From: Paraphysomonas bandaiensis
Taxonomy: Eukaryota; Protista; Chrysophyceae
Assembly (NCBI GenBank): GCA_965644295.1
Contig: CBFFRP010000112.1
Location: 1 to 29,595, forward strand
Length of the DNA: 29,595 bases
Direction of reading: 5' to 3'
Shown: positions 1 through 8,697 of the stretch, piece by piece
Layout of the letters: every line of letters begins with the position of its first letter
Numbering within the stretch: position 1 is the stretch's first letter
Program-made: the position numbers and the translations under genes
Notes under the pieces: model-generated
What the model was told of the DNA's origin: nothing
Seen by the model: only the letters and a program-made list of their open reading frames with translations
Databases searched by the model: none

Positions 1-184
1 GGGATTCCACGCTAGTTGGATACGCAAAGGCCGTAGCGGTAGGTACGGAGTCAGAAACAAGTTTAGCCTGACACACAGGATAGGCGTCGGGATCAGTACC
101 ACGAAACGCTGGGTTCACCGGAGGAGGAGGTGGCATGGGAGTCGCCGTGGAGGAAGACTCCTCCGGCGATGGAGAAAAACTCAT
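1..184 (-). CDS. 5' part of a protein-coding gene running off the left edge (MSFSPSPEESSSTATPMPPPPPVNPAFRGTDPDAYPVCQAKLV...), function unknown
   Basis: ATG at 184 on the minus strand and an open frame to the window edge. GC-rich coding-like composition contrasts with the AT-rich flank. Absent from the ORF track because no stop lies in the window. Confidence 0.55.
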   Translation of the reverse strand, partial: MSFSPSPEESSSTATPMPPPPPVNPAFRGTDPDAYPVCQAKLVSDSVPTATAFAYPTSVES

Positions 185-378
185 GTTGATCATAATTAAT
201 ATACGATGCTATCACTTCTTGATACCAGTGCATGCATATATCCTGTACGCCAATTCTACACAGTACCCTGTCCACACCTCCCTTCCTCCTGGTCAGAATA
301 GAACTGTATTCGTACTCCAGTATTGTAACTACTACTACTATAGTATGACATACCTACCTAGGAACTCCTACTAATACA

Positions 379-606
379 CATACATACATACATACATACA
401 TACATACATACATACATACATACATACATACATACATACATACATACATACATACATACATACATACATACATACATACATACATACATACATACATACA
501 TACATACATACATACATACATACATACATACATACATACATACATACATACATACATACATACATACATACATACATACATACATACATACATACATACA
601 TACATA
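379..606. repeat. (TACA)n microsatellite, left array (~56 units)
   Basis: Pure TACA units 381-604 followed by TA (605-606), directly abutting the transposon TIR. Confidence 0.98.
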
Positions 607-630
607 CAGCACATTCTCGATATATCGCGG
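607..630 (+). repeat. Left TIR of the pogo-like element
   Basis: CAGCACATTCTCGATATATCGCGG; reverse complement of 7788-7811 at 23/24 positions. Confidence 0.92.
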
Positions 631-729
631 TATGTATATCGCGATACCCTTTTATATCGCGGATTTTGGTCCAGGACACTTCATCACACATAACTCTAAT
701 GGAAAACTGAGGTCATTTTCTGTTACAAG

Positions 730-908
730 GGTAAGCATCTTTTTGGTAAGCATTCCTTACCAAAATACGCCGAAAATCAATTTCTGTTTACCCTGGTAAG
801 CATTTTCGGGGTAAGTTTTTGAAAATGCTTACCAAAATGTTTACCCTGGAGAGAGAGTGGGGGGGTAAAATTTGGAATCCTTACCAGGTAGATTTTTTGT
901 CGGGGTAA
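730..908. repeat. Cluster of 11 GGTAA/TTACC motifs in both orientations, with local inverted repeats
   Basis: Motifs at 730, 745, 757, 788, 795, 810, 829, 841, 864, 881 and 904. Perfect 13-bp IR GGTAAGCATTTTC (795-807) / GAAAATGCTTACC (821-833). Confidence 0.75.
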
Positions 909-1741
909 GGATTTTGGGGAGCATAAAAACCTCTAGATGAACATATATCCATAGTATATTAATCACATTTATTGATAACATGAGTGATAGTGAGTCAATA
1001 TAAGATCCTGTCGACGACACTCTCGTTGAATGCGAACCTGAGGATGAAATGTAATGATGCGCAAGAGTCTTTTTCTCTCATCGAAGGACGTCTGCTAATA
1101 AGAAGGATATATGTCTCATGATATTCAATGTCGCGTGCTGCAAGAACTTCGAATACCTGTTATTGAGAAATTTCTTCGTTACATACCCTCAATAACAGGA
1201 GGCTCATGAGGCCATTCTGGAGTCATTCCCTGAGAATGCATGGAGTTCACAAATAGCAACACTTGGACACCTGATTGAAACTTGGGCAATTGAAAGCTGA
1301 ATTGAAGCAGTGAGTATAAGTTTACCTTCTGTTGTTAAGTTAATACTTCTCATATAATGTCAAACTGTGATACAGAGGATGAGTATGAGAAAACTTTTAA
1401 TTGGTTAAGCAGTAGGGTTTCATTATCAAGTGACATTATAAGACAAGTACTAATAATTCAATTTACGGAAACCTTAATGCGTGTAAGAACCAGCTATCAG
1501 GTTATTTTATGCTAATATGAGCTCTCTATTGTATATGCTTAAGTTTGTACATACCATCTGTACAACATAGGTTAAATATTGCTATGTTCTATATTGTTAT
1601 TCATAATTTTCACTCTATCGTGTTCATTACTAACACTCTAATAATCACAACATTGTTTTACTATTATAAAGATCAACTCTTTATTATAATGAAACATAAT
1701 GAAGAACAAATAAGAGCAGTATCACTGCACTTTAGCAGTCA

Positions 1742-2065
1742 ATGTCTTTAGAGGACGAAGGCGATGACGAGGATGATTGTATTAACACCAATGGAAATGA
1801 TAGTGCTATTACTGCTGTGCAAGCCGACAATGCTGTTTTAATGTTACTTGATTATGCTACCCAGGAGGGGCATTCAACAGCGCATATTGAGCTCCTCAGA
1901 AAAGTGCAGAATAATATTCATACAGAAAGGCACAAGAATCATTCTAAGGTACAAACTTCTCTGCATCAGTTTTTTCAGCACGTACTAAAGGTTCTGAAGT
2001 CCATGAAATTTAATAATTTTATCTTATTGTTAGCTAGGAATGTAGTAAGTGTGTTAAGAAATTGA
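1742..2065 (+). pseudogene. C-terminal remnant of a pogo/Tigger-like transposase: acidic tract, helical segment and PIP box QTSLHQFF
   Basis: Acidic EDEGDDEDD, then A..LL.Y...L..., then QxxLxxFF (1952-1975), the layout of pogo/Tigger transposase C-termini. Lies inside the TIR-bounded element. No DDE core seen. Confidence 0.6.
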
Positions 2066-2179
2066 ATACCATAAATTCCATAAATAATGATATATTAGTA
2101 ACTTATTTCACAAATTCTTTGCATGTGCCATTCAGTACAAGGAGTACTATGCTATACAGACACGACATTGTGGATATAT

Positions 2180-2443
2180 TGTAGGACTATCCACTTACAT
2201 ATAGAATATATACGTGTACATGTCCTGTATTATATGATTAGTAGTACAGTACTGTATTGTATACGTGTACCATGTAGTTAGGAATACAAACTGTAGGGAA
2301 TGTGATTGTTGTTGGGATTAGCAATAGCCGTTGATATTGTAGACAGTATTATTCATGATTCATTATACGATAATAATCATTATTTTGTACTTCTGTACTT
2401 GAGTATTGCTTTGCACACATACACATATGTATGCAAGCCCACA
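2180..2443 (+). repeat. 5' LTR
   Basis: TGTAGGACT...AGCCCACA, direct repeat of 7397-7660. Confidence 0.97.
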
Positions 2444-2492
2444 GTAATATTACTTTATAAGTAGTACTCAATCTCTGTGATATAACAATATT

Positions 2493-5400
2493 ATGGGGGA
2501 AAGTAAGAGAAGCAAGATAAGAGCAGCTCCTCAAATAGAGGAATTGTTAGCTGCTTCGGGTTCTTCGTCTAAAAAGACAAAGAGAGAGAGAGAATCCTCT
2601 CGAAAACGAGCAAGAGATGTAACTACATCATCTCAAATGCAATCTTCTCCTCAAACTGAGACATCAGTAGAGGCGGAAGGAGAATTGAGTGGAGTATCAT
2701 TTCGTGAGCTCTCTTCTTCTCAACCAAAGAGAAAGAAGCAAAGGAGTGGAGATCCGCACCCCAACAGGAGTGAGCGCATTGACTTGAATGAAGTCATTGC
2801 GACGGAATCTACTCCACATGAAGTAATCAATACCGACTCTATTCCCTACTTAGGTAGTGTGCAAGATGAGGATATCATCGAATTTTGTGAAAATCTCTCG
2901 AAAAGAGATCCTAAAGGGACAAAATTCATAAGGTCAGAAATCATGGCACCAACAGTGCGTGATATGCTTCAGTTCCAGCGACAGCAGGATTTTGGAGATG
3001 AGTCTGACGAGGACTGGCTAGATCCAAACATTGTAACTACTGAGGAATTGATTCAGTGGTTAAAGCAAGCCTTTCTAGAGGAAGAGGAGCGATACTCTGA
3101 TACATTGGAGCCTCTTCCTAGGTTCATAGATAATATCATTGGACCAAAAGTTAAGGTGGATATTCATGTTCCTAAAGTATTCTTAAAAGAATATGGACGT
3201 CTGAATGAGCTTTATAAGCTCATTCCGGAGGCAAGTCTCACAGAGGTAGCCTCGGATACCATAGTCAAAACCCTCAAGAAAAACATCAAACTTGTGGGCG
3301 GACATTCCTTCAGAAAGGATGCCAAAGAGAAATTTATAGCGGATATAGGCCAGGGTCAATCTGCACCAAAAGATTTCGGAGCATTCTGTAGAAAGGTGCG
3401 AGAGCTTAACAATGACTATAGTCAAGCTGTGAGAAAAGTAAAGAGGATGGAAACTAAATTGGATTCCAAAGAAACATCTAAGTCTAACAAGACTAAGAAT
3501 ACAAAAACTTCATCCTCCAGCTCCAGCTCATCCTCAAGTACTAAAGCAACAACTGATACTAAGGAAGCATGTTGGATATGCGGTAATCTTCATAAAGGTG
3601 ACTGCACCCGCAAAACCTGTGCATGGGCTAACCATGAAAAGAAGCCATGGAAAGATTCCACACAGGGCAAAAAATATGCGGCTATGGGTTGGAGTACCTG
3701 CCCTTATGTGGAGAATCCTGATGGTCCTCCAAGATCGAAAACAAGTAAGTTATCATGCCCTAAGTGTTTATATATAAATGCTATTGACATGAATAATGAT
3801 ATGCTCGATGTCTTTGTATATCCTAAAGCTGATGTCAATGTACAACAGGTAAAGGAAAATCTAAGAGCTAAAGCCTTATTGGACACGGGGGCTACTGGGA
3901 ATAATTTCATTAACCAAGAACTTGCTGATATGTTAGTTGCTAGGTATAATATTCCATTGCACGAGTGTAACATTAAAATTTGTAGTGCGCTTGATAATGC
4001 TTGTTGTAGTAGCAAGCAATATATGATAATAACTATAAGATTAACTGATGAGTATAACAATACTCTTGATATTGAGTTGCAATGTTTGATAATAGATAGC
4101 ACCTTTGATATCATAATTGGTAGAGAAACTATCAAGAAATATAGATTAGTTGATCATTTTCCATCTCACTTTATGGAAAGAGAGTTAGCAGGGAAAATGC
4201 TAGCTACGGCCGCGGGCCATGCTGAGAAGACTCAGCTTCTCTCGGAACATATTAGTGAGAGAGCCACATGTTATAACAACATGGAAACATTAAGGCGCCA
4301 AGCTAAGGAACACCTTAGTTATAATAATAATTTACTTACAAGTAATAGCTTGGTTAGTACTATGTATTCACCTCCAATATCATCCATGCGTATAAGTGCA
4401 TATGAAAAGGAAGATATAGGCGAGATTAGAGATAACTATCTGGAGTCAATCCCAGAAGAAATAGTTACAAATACTCAGGAAAAAGTAGAAGGTACTACGT
4501 TACCAACTAAAATCTCTGGTCCCGAATCTTTACAAAGGAGGGTGAGAGAAATCCATGAAATCTATAAGGATAGATTTAAAACCACAGTGTCGGATATGCC
4601 AATGGATGTTCCACCTTTTGAATTAGAGGTAGATAGGGATGCCTGGGAACAACCAAAACATTGTGGTCCGCCACGAAAGATGGATCGAGTACGACAGTAT
4701 GCTTGTAAAAAGCAAATCGATACATTTGTGGAGCATGGAATAATACAACCAAGTACGGCTCCTTATTATAGCCAGGTATTATTAGTTCCCAAACCAAATG
4801 ATAAATGGCGATTCTGTGTAGACTATAAAGGTCTAAACAAGCACACACAGAGGGAACGTTGGCCAATACCTAACATCAAAGAAATGTTAGAACGTATTGG
4901 GTCTAAGAAACCCAAATACTTCATAATTCTGGATTTAGTATCTGGTTATTACCAGGCTAAAATTTCAGAGTACTCGAGGAAGTGGACGGCATTTATAACC
5001 TTCTGGGGAGTATTCGAATGGCTCCGACTACCCATGGGTTTGAGTGGTGCTCCATCATACTTTCAACGAGTATTAACAACAATTGTGCTTGCCGGGTTGA
5101 TTATGTTCATATGTGAATTATATCTAGATGACCTGATTATATATGCTTCTACAGAAGATGAACTAATTGAAAATTACGTTAAAGTTCTAGAACGCTTCAG
5201 GAAATACAATGTTTACATTAATCCTGAGAAAGTGAAAATAGGAGAGTCCGAAGTACAATATGTAGGACATACTCTAAATGAGGAAGGGTTACACTTTACT
5301 AGAGAACGTCTGGATAGTGTATTAAATTTCCCAAAGCCTGAAACTATGAAGGGTCTAAAATCTTTCCTCGGATTGGCAAATTATTTTCGGGATCACGTGC

Positions 5401-7331
5401 ACAACCACTCCTTAGTGGTGAGACCGTTAAATAAAATGCTTCTCAACTATCATAGACGTAAACGTCTACAGTGGACAGAGGATGCCAATGAAGCATTTGA
5501 AAAGATCAAATTGATGATTCATGAATGTCCAACATTATTTTTCATTGATGACGAGTCACCAATATACTTATTGACCGATGCATCTGATTATGGAATAGGA
5601 GCATACCTCTACCAAGTAGTAGATGGTGTAGAACGTCCAATAGGATTTCTCAGTAAAACATTCGATGAAAGAATGATGAATTGGGATACACCTCAGAAAG
5701 AAGGATATGCTATATACTATGCCTTAGATAAATGGGATTACCTATTAAGGTATAGATACTTTACGATCAAAACAGATCATAAAAATATTACTCAGTTGAG
5801 AACTGATTACGCTAAGGATAAGAAAGTTCAGCGATGGTTGAAATGTTTCCAAGCATACGATTATGATCTATGTGATATTAAAGGATCTGATAATGTTGTT
5901 GCTGATGCATTTAGTAGACTATGTGCATTAGAATCTAAAATGACAACAAAATGTGCTTCCCTAATTCCCGATATTAAAGTTCCAAACAAGGAATGGGAAA
6001 TTATTAAAAGATTTCATAACAATGTTACAGGTCATCATGGTATTGATCGTACAATACAAAAATTACGAGACAATGGTCATAAATGGTCAAAGCAAGGGGC
6101 ACATGTGACAAAATTTATTAAAACTTGTCCTTGTTGTCAAAAGATGAGTAGAATTAAACCAATAATTAATGCTCATCCCTTTACTGTCTCAACATATGGC
6201 CCGATGCAACGAATAGCAGTGGATTTTATTCAGAGTCTGCATCCAGATGAGGATGGATACACTAATATATTAGTGATTATCGATTCTTTTTCTAGGTGGG
6301 TAGAATTAATCCCTACTAAGAATCTCACTGCCATGGCGGCGGCAAAGGGATTGCTTCAACACCTGGGTAGATATGGAGCACCTATTGAGATTCATTCGGA
6401 TCTTGGACCAGCATTTGTGGATGATTTAACAAAATCATTGATAGAAATGGTTGGAAGTAATCAATCATTTTCGATGGCGTATTCTAAAGAAGAAAATGCT
6501 ATAGTTGAACGTGCTAATAAAGAAATTTTAAGGCACTTAAGGAATATTATATTTGATAAGAATGTACTAAATAATTGGTCAATGTATCTACCTTTAGTAC
6601 AAAGAATTATGAATTCTTCTAAACATAGAAGCACCGGCGTTACTCCCGCTAGTATTTTATTTGGGAATGCAGTAGATTTAGATAAGAGTTTATTCATTGA
6701 ACACAATGAGAACTTGGACGGGAACGAACAAAAGCTATCACATTGGATAGATAGAATACAAAAGGTTCAGTCCACTATTATGGATATTGCAAGACGAAAT
6801 CTTCGCAAACATGATGAAATCCACATGGCAACTGCACCAAATATACAAACAAAAGAATTTCCAATAAATTCTTATGTGCTAGTTGAGCATAGACAAAATG
6901 CTTTACGTCCTGGACCAGCAAGTAAGTTATTACCATATCTTAAAGGTCCAATGCGAGTAGTCAATGTTATTGGAGATAAATATACTCTTCAAGATATTGT
7001 TACTAAACGTAATAAAGACTATCATATAAAGAAATTAAGGGAATTTAATTACGATCCCTCTACAATTGACCCCTTACAAGTGGCATGTAAAGATGGTGGA
7101 AACTTTTATGCTATTGACCATATTTCAAAAATAAAAGGTCGAGCTAAAGGTCCGAAAAGTCAAATAAAATTTCTAGTACATTGGATAGGGTATGAAAAAC
7201 CTACATGGGAACCATGGGCTAACGTTAGAAAAACGTATGCTCTACAAAATTTCCTAACTCAACATCCTGATGAAAATGTAAGAAATTTACTACCTCGAAA
7301 TGTGGTTTATTCTTCTGATGAAGAAGATTAA
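2493..7331 (+). CDS. Gag-Pol polyprotein (1612 aa): Gag with Zn knuckle, aspartic protease, reverse transcriptase, RNase H, integrase, chromodomain
   Basis: CWICGNLHKGDC knuckle; LLDTGA protease (~3882); RFCVDY, LPMGL and YLDD RT motifs (~5121); TDASDYGIGAYL RNase H. Integrase H..H..CPCC zinc motif and D-D-E (AVDFI, HSDLG, VERAN), GPY/F-like KGPMRV, and a FLVHWIGYEKPTWEP chromodomain. Confidence 0.97.
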   Translation: MGESKRSKIRAAPQIEELLAASGSSSKKTKRERESSRKRARDVTTSSQMQSSPQTETSVEAEGELSGVSFRELSSSQPKRKKQRSGDPHPNRSERIDLNEVIATESTPHEVINTDSIPYLGSVQDEDIIEFCENLSKRDPKGTKFIRSEIMAPTVRDMLQFQRQQDFGDESDEDWLDPNIVTTEELIQWLKQAFLEEEERYSDTLEPLPRFIDNIIGPKVKVDIHVPKVFLKEYGRLNELYKLIPEASLTEVASDTIVKTLKKNIKLVGGHSFRKDAKEKFIADIGQGQSAPKDFGAFCRKVRELNNDYSQAVRKVKRMETKLDSKETSKSNKTKNTKTSSSSSSSSSSTKATTDTKEACWICGNLHKGDCTRKTCAWANHEKKPWKDSTQGKKYAAMGWSTCPYVENPDGPPRSKTSKLSCPKCLYINAIDMNNDMLDVFVYPKADVNVQQVKENLRAKALLDTGATGNNFINQELADMLVARYNIPLHECNIKICSALDNACCSSKQYMIITIRLTDEYNNTLDIELQCLIIDSTFDIIIGRETIKKYRLVDHFPSHFMERELAGKMLATAAGHAEKTQLLSEHISERATCYNNMETLRRQAKEHLSYNNNLLTSNSLVSTMYSPPISSMRISAYEKEDIGEIRDNYLESIPEEIVTNTQEKVEGTTLPTKISGPESLQRRVREIHEIYKDRFKTTVSDMPMDVPPFELEVDRDAWEQPKHCGPPRKMDRVRQYACKKQIDTFVEHGIIQPSTAPYYSQVLLVPKPNDKWRFCVDYKGLNKHTQRERWPIPNIKEMLERIGSKKPKYFIILDLVSGYYQAKISEYSRKWTAFITFWGVFEWLRLPMGLSGAPSYFQRVLTTIVLAGLIMFICELYLDDLIIYASTEDELIENYVKVLERFRKYNVYINPEKVKIGESEVQYVGHTLNEEGLHFTRERLDSVLNFPKPETMKGLKSFLGLANYFRDHVHNHSLVVRPLNKMLLNYHRRKRLQWTEDANEAFEKIKLMIHECPTLFFIDDESPIYLLTDASDYGIGAYLYQVVDGVERPIGFLSKTFDERMMNWDTPQKEGYAIYYALDKWDYLLRYRYFTIKTDHKNITQLRTDYAKDKKVQRWLKCFQAYDYDLCDIKGSDNVVADAFSRLCALESKMTTKCASLIPDIKVPNKEWEIIKRFHNNVTGHHGIDRTIQKLRDNGHKWSKQGAHVTKFIKTCPCCQKMSRIKPIINAHPFTVSTYGPMQRIAVDFIQSLHPDEDGYTNILVIIDSFSRWVELIPTKNLTAMAAAKGLLQHLGRYGAPIEIHSDLGPAFVDDLTKSLIEMVGSNQSFSMAYSKEENAIVERANKEILRHLRNIIFDKNVLNNWSMYLPLVQRIMNSSKHRSTGVTPASILFGNAVDLDKSLFIEHNENLDGNEQKLSHWIDRIQKVQSTIMDIARRNLRKHDEIHMATAPNIQTKEFPINSYVLVEHRQNALRPGPASKLLPYLKGPMRVVNVIGDKYTLQDIVTKRNKDYHIKKLREFNYDPSTIDPLQVACKDGGNFYAIDHISKIKGRAKGPKSQIKFLVHWIGYEKPTWEPWANVRKTYALQNFLTQHPDENVRNLLPRNVVYSSDEED

Positions 7332-7384
7332 TAACAAAGTTTACAGAATTGAGTGTCAATATAACACATTAACACATCAATTAT

Positions 7385-7396
7385 AAGGGGAGGTAG
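7385..7396 (+). promoter_or_regulatory. Polypurine tract (plus-strand primer)
   Basis: AAGGGGAGGTAG immediately upstream of the 3' LTR. Confidence 0.85.
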
Positions 7397-7660
7397 TGTA
7401 GGACTATCCACTTACATATAGAATATATACGTGTACATGTCCTGTATTATATGATTAGTAGTACAGTACTGTATTGTATACGTGTACCATGTAGTTAGGA
7501 ATACAAACTGTAGGGAATGTGATTGTTGTTGGGATTAGCAATAGCCGTTGATATTGTAGACAGTATTATTCATGATTCATTATACGATAATAATCATTAT
7601 TTTGTACTTCTGTACTTGAGTATTGCTTTGCACACATACACATATGTATGCAAGCCCACA
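7397..7660 (+). repeat. 3' LTR
   Basis: Identical by eye to 2180-2443. Confidence 0.97.
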
Positions 7661-7787
7661 ATATTGCACAGTCTTAAGCTCCTTAAACTTGCTCTCTACG
7701 ACTTTGCGGAATACAGTGCTGTATTTTACTATTAAATTGTATATCGCGATATTGCGATATATCGCGATTTCCTCTCCAGGACACTTT

Positions 7788-7811
7788 CCGCGATATATCG
7801 AGAATGCGCTG
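7788..7811 (-). repeat. Right TIR of the pogo-like element
   Basis: CCGCGATATATCGAGAATGCGCTG followed by TA. Confidence 0.92.
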
Positions 7812-8155
7812 TACATACATACATACATACATACATACATACATACATACATACATACATACATACATACATACATACATACATACATACATACATACAT
7901 ACATACATACATACATACATACATACATACATACATACATACATACATACATACATACATACATACATACATACATACATACATACATACCTACATACAT
8001 ACATACATACATACATACATACATACATACATACATACATACATACATACATACATACATACATACATACATACATACATACATACATACATACATACAT
8101 ACATACATACATACATACATACATACATACATACATACATACATACATACATACA

Positions 8156-8185
<30 letters not shown>
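7812..8185. repeat. (TACA)n microsatellite, right array (~93 units, one TACC variant at 7988-7991)
   Basis: Same orientation as the left array, starting at the TA target duplication. Confidence 0.98.
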
Positions 8186-8186
<1 letters not shown>

Positions 8187-8359
8187 GTTTCTTTCCCTTC
8201 GTCCCTTCGCCACTGTTAGTTTCTTGGACATGTTGCTGACATGGCTCGATAGTAGTTAACTGCCCACATATGTGCATTACATCGCACGCATATCTTGCAT
8301 GATACACAAACAGCATATATAGTAGTTATCGTGTAGTAGTGTTTAGGGAGAGGGTTGTG

Positions 8360-8697
8360 ATGAGCGCTATTGACTTGGAGAAAGCAACTGTTCGTATCAG
8401 CGGTATCGCCCCAAGCATAACTGTTCGTGATGTTATCGACATGTTTGCTAATTGCGGCATAGTGACGTCAGCGGCTCTTGAATATGAGGTCGCTGGAAGG
8501 TCTATCACACTAACAGGAGGGGCTACTGTGGCTCTAGCGGGACCGACGGGCTTAGAGAATAGGATTAGAGGTATGACGGAATCCAAGAGAGTGTACTCTG
8601 GATATTCCAATATTAAGGTATATCGATTGTTTGATGCATACCAGTTTTTATTCTATCACAGGTTTCTATCGTGGAAATAGATCGCATAAACATTTAA
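8360..8697 (+). CDS. Small RRM-like protein (~97 aa), exons 8360-8617 and 8662-8697
   Basis: ATVRISGIAPSITVRDVIDMFANCGIV resembles RNP2 plus helix 1 of an RRM. GT-AG intron 8618-8661 (44 nt) restores the final strand (NIK|VSIVEID). The start may lie further upstream. Confidence 0.55.

Larger units (their letters stand above)
2180..7660 (+). mobile_element. Full-length Ty3/Gypsy LTR retrotransposon (chromovirus type)
   Basis: Two 264-bp LTRs (TG...CA), identical by eye. 4-bp TSD ATAT (2176-2179, 7661-7664). PPT before the 3' LTR. Single ORF in PR-RT-RH-IN-chromodomain order. Confidence 0.97.
607..7811 (+). mobile_element. Non-autonomous pogo/Tigger-like (Tc1/mariner superfamily) DNA transposon, ~1.7 kb once the nested LTR element is removed
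   Basis: 24-bp TIRs CAGC(A/G)CATTCTCGATATATCGCGG at 607-630 and 7788-7811 (1 mismatch), with TA on both sides (605-606, 7812-7813). Repeated subterminal TATATCGCG motifs and a TCCAGGACACTT direct repeat (670-681, 7775-7786). Transposase-like C-terminal remnant at 1742-2065. Confidence 0.85.

Noticed and set aside
354-691. ORFs encoding (MYVC)n
   Set aside because: Translation artefacts of the TACA microsatellite.
920-1513. Imperfect inverted repeat AGCATAAAA / TTTTATGCT as TIRs of a nested element
   Set aside because: Short, AT-rich and without a TSD; may be chance.
7580-8316. ORFs encoding (MYVC)n and (IHTY)n
   Set aside because: Translation artefacts of the right TACA array.
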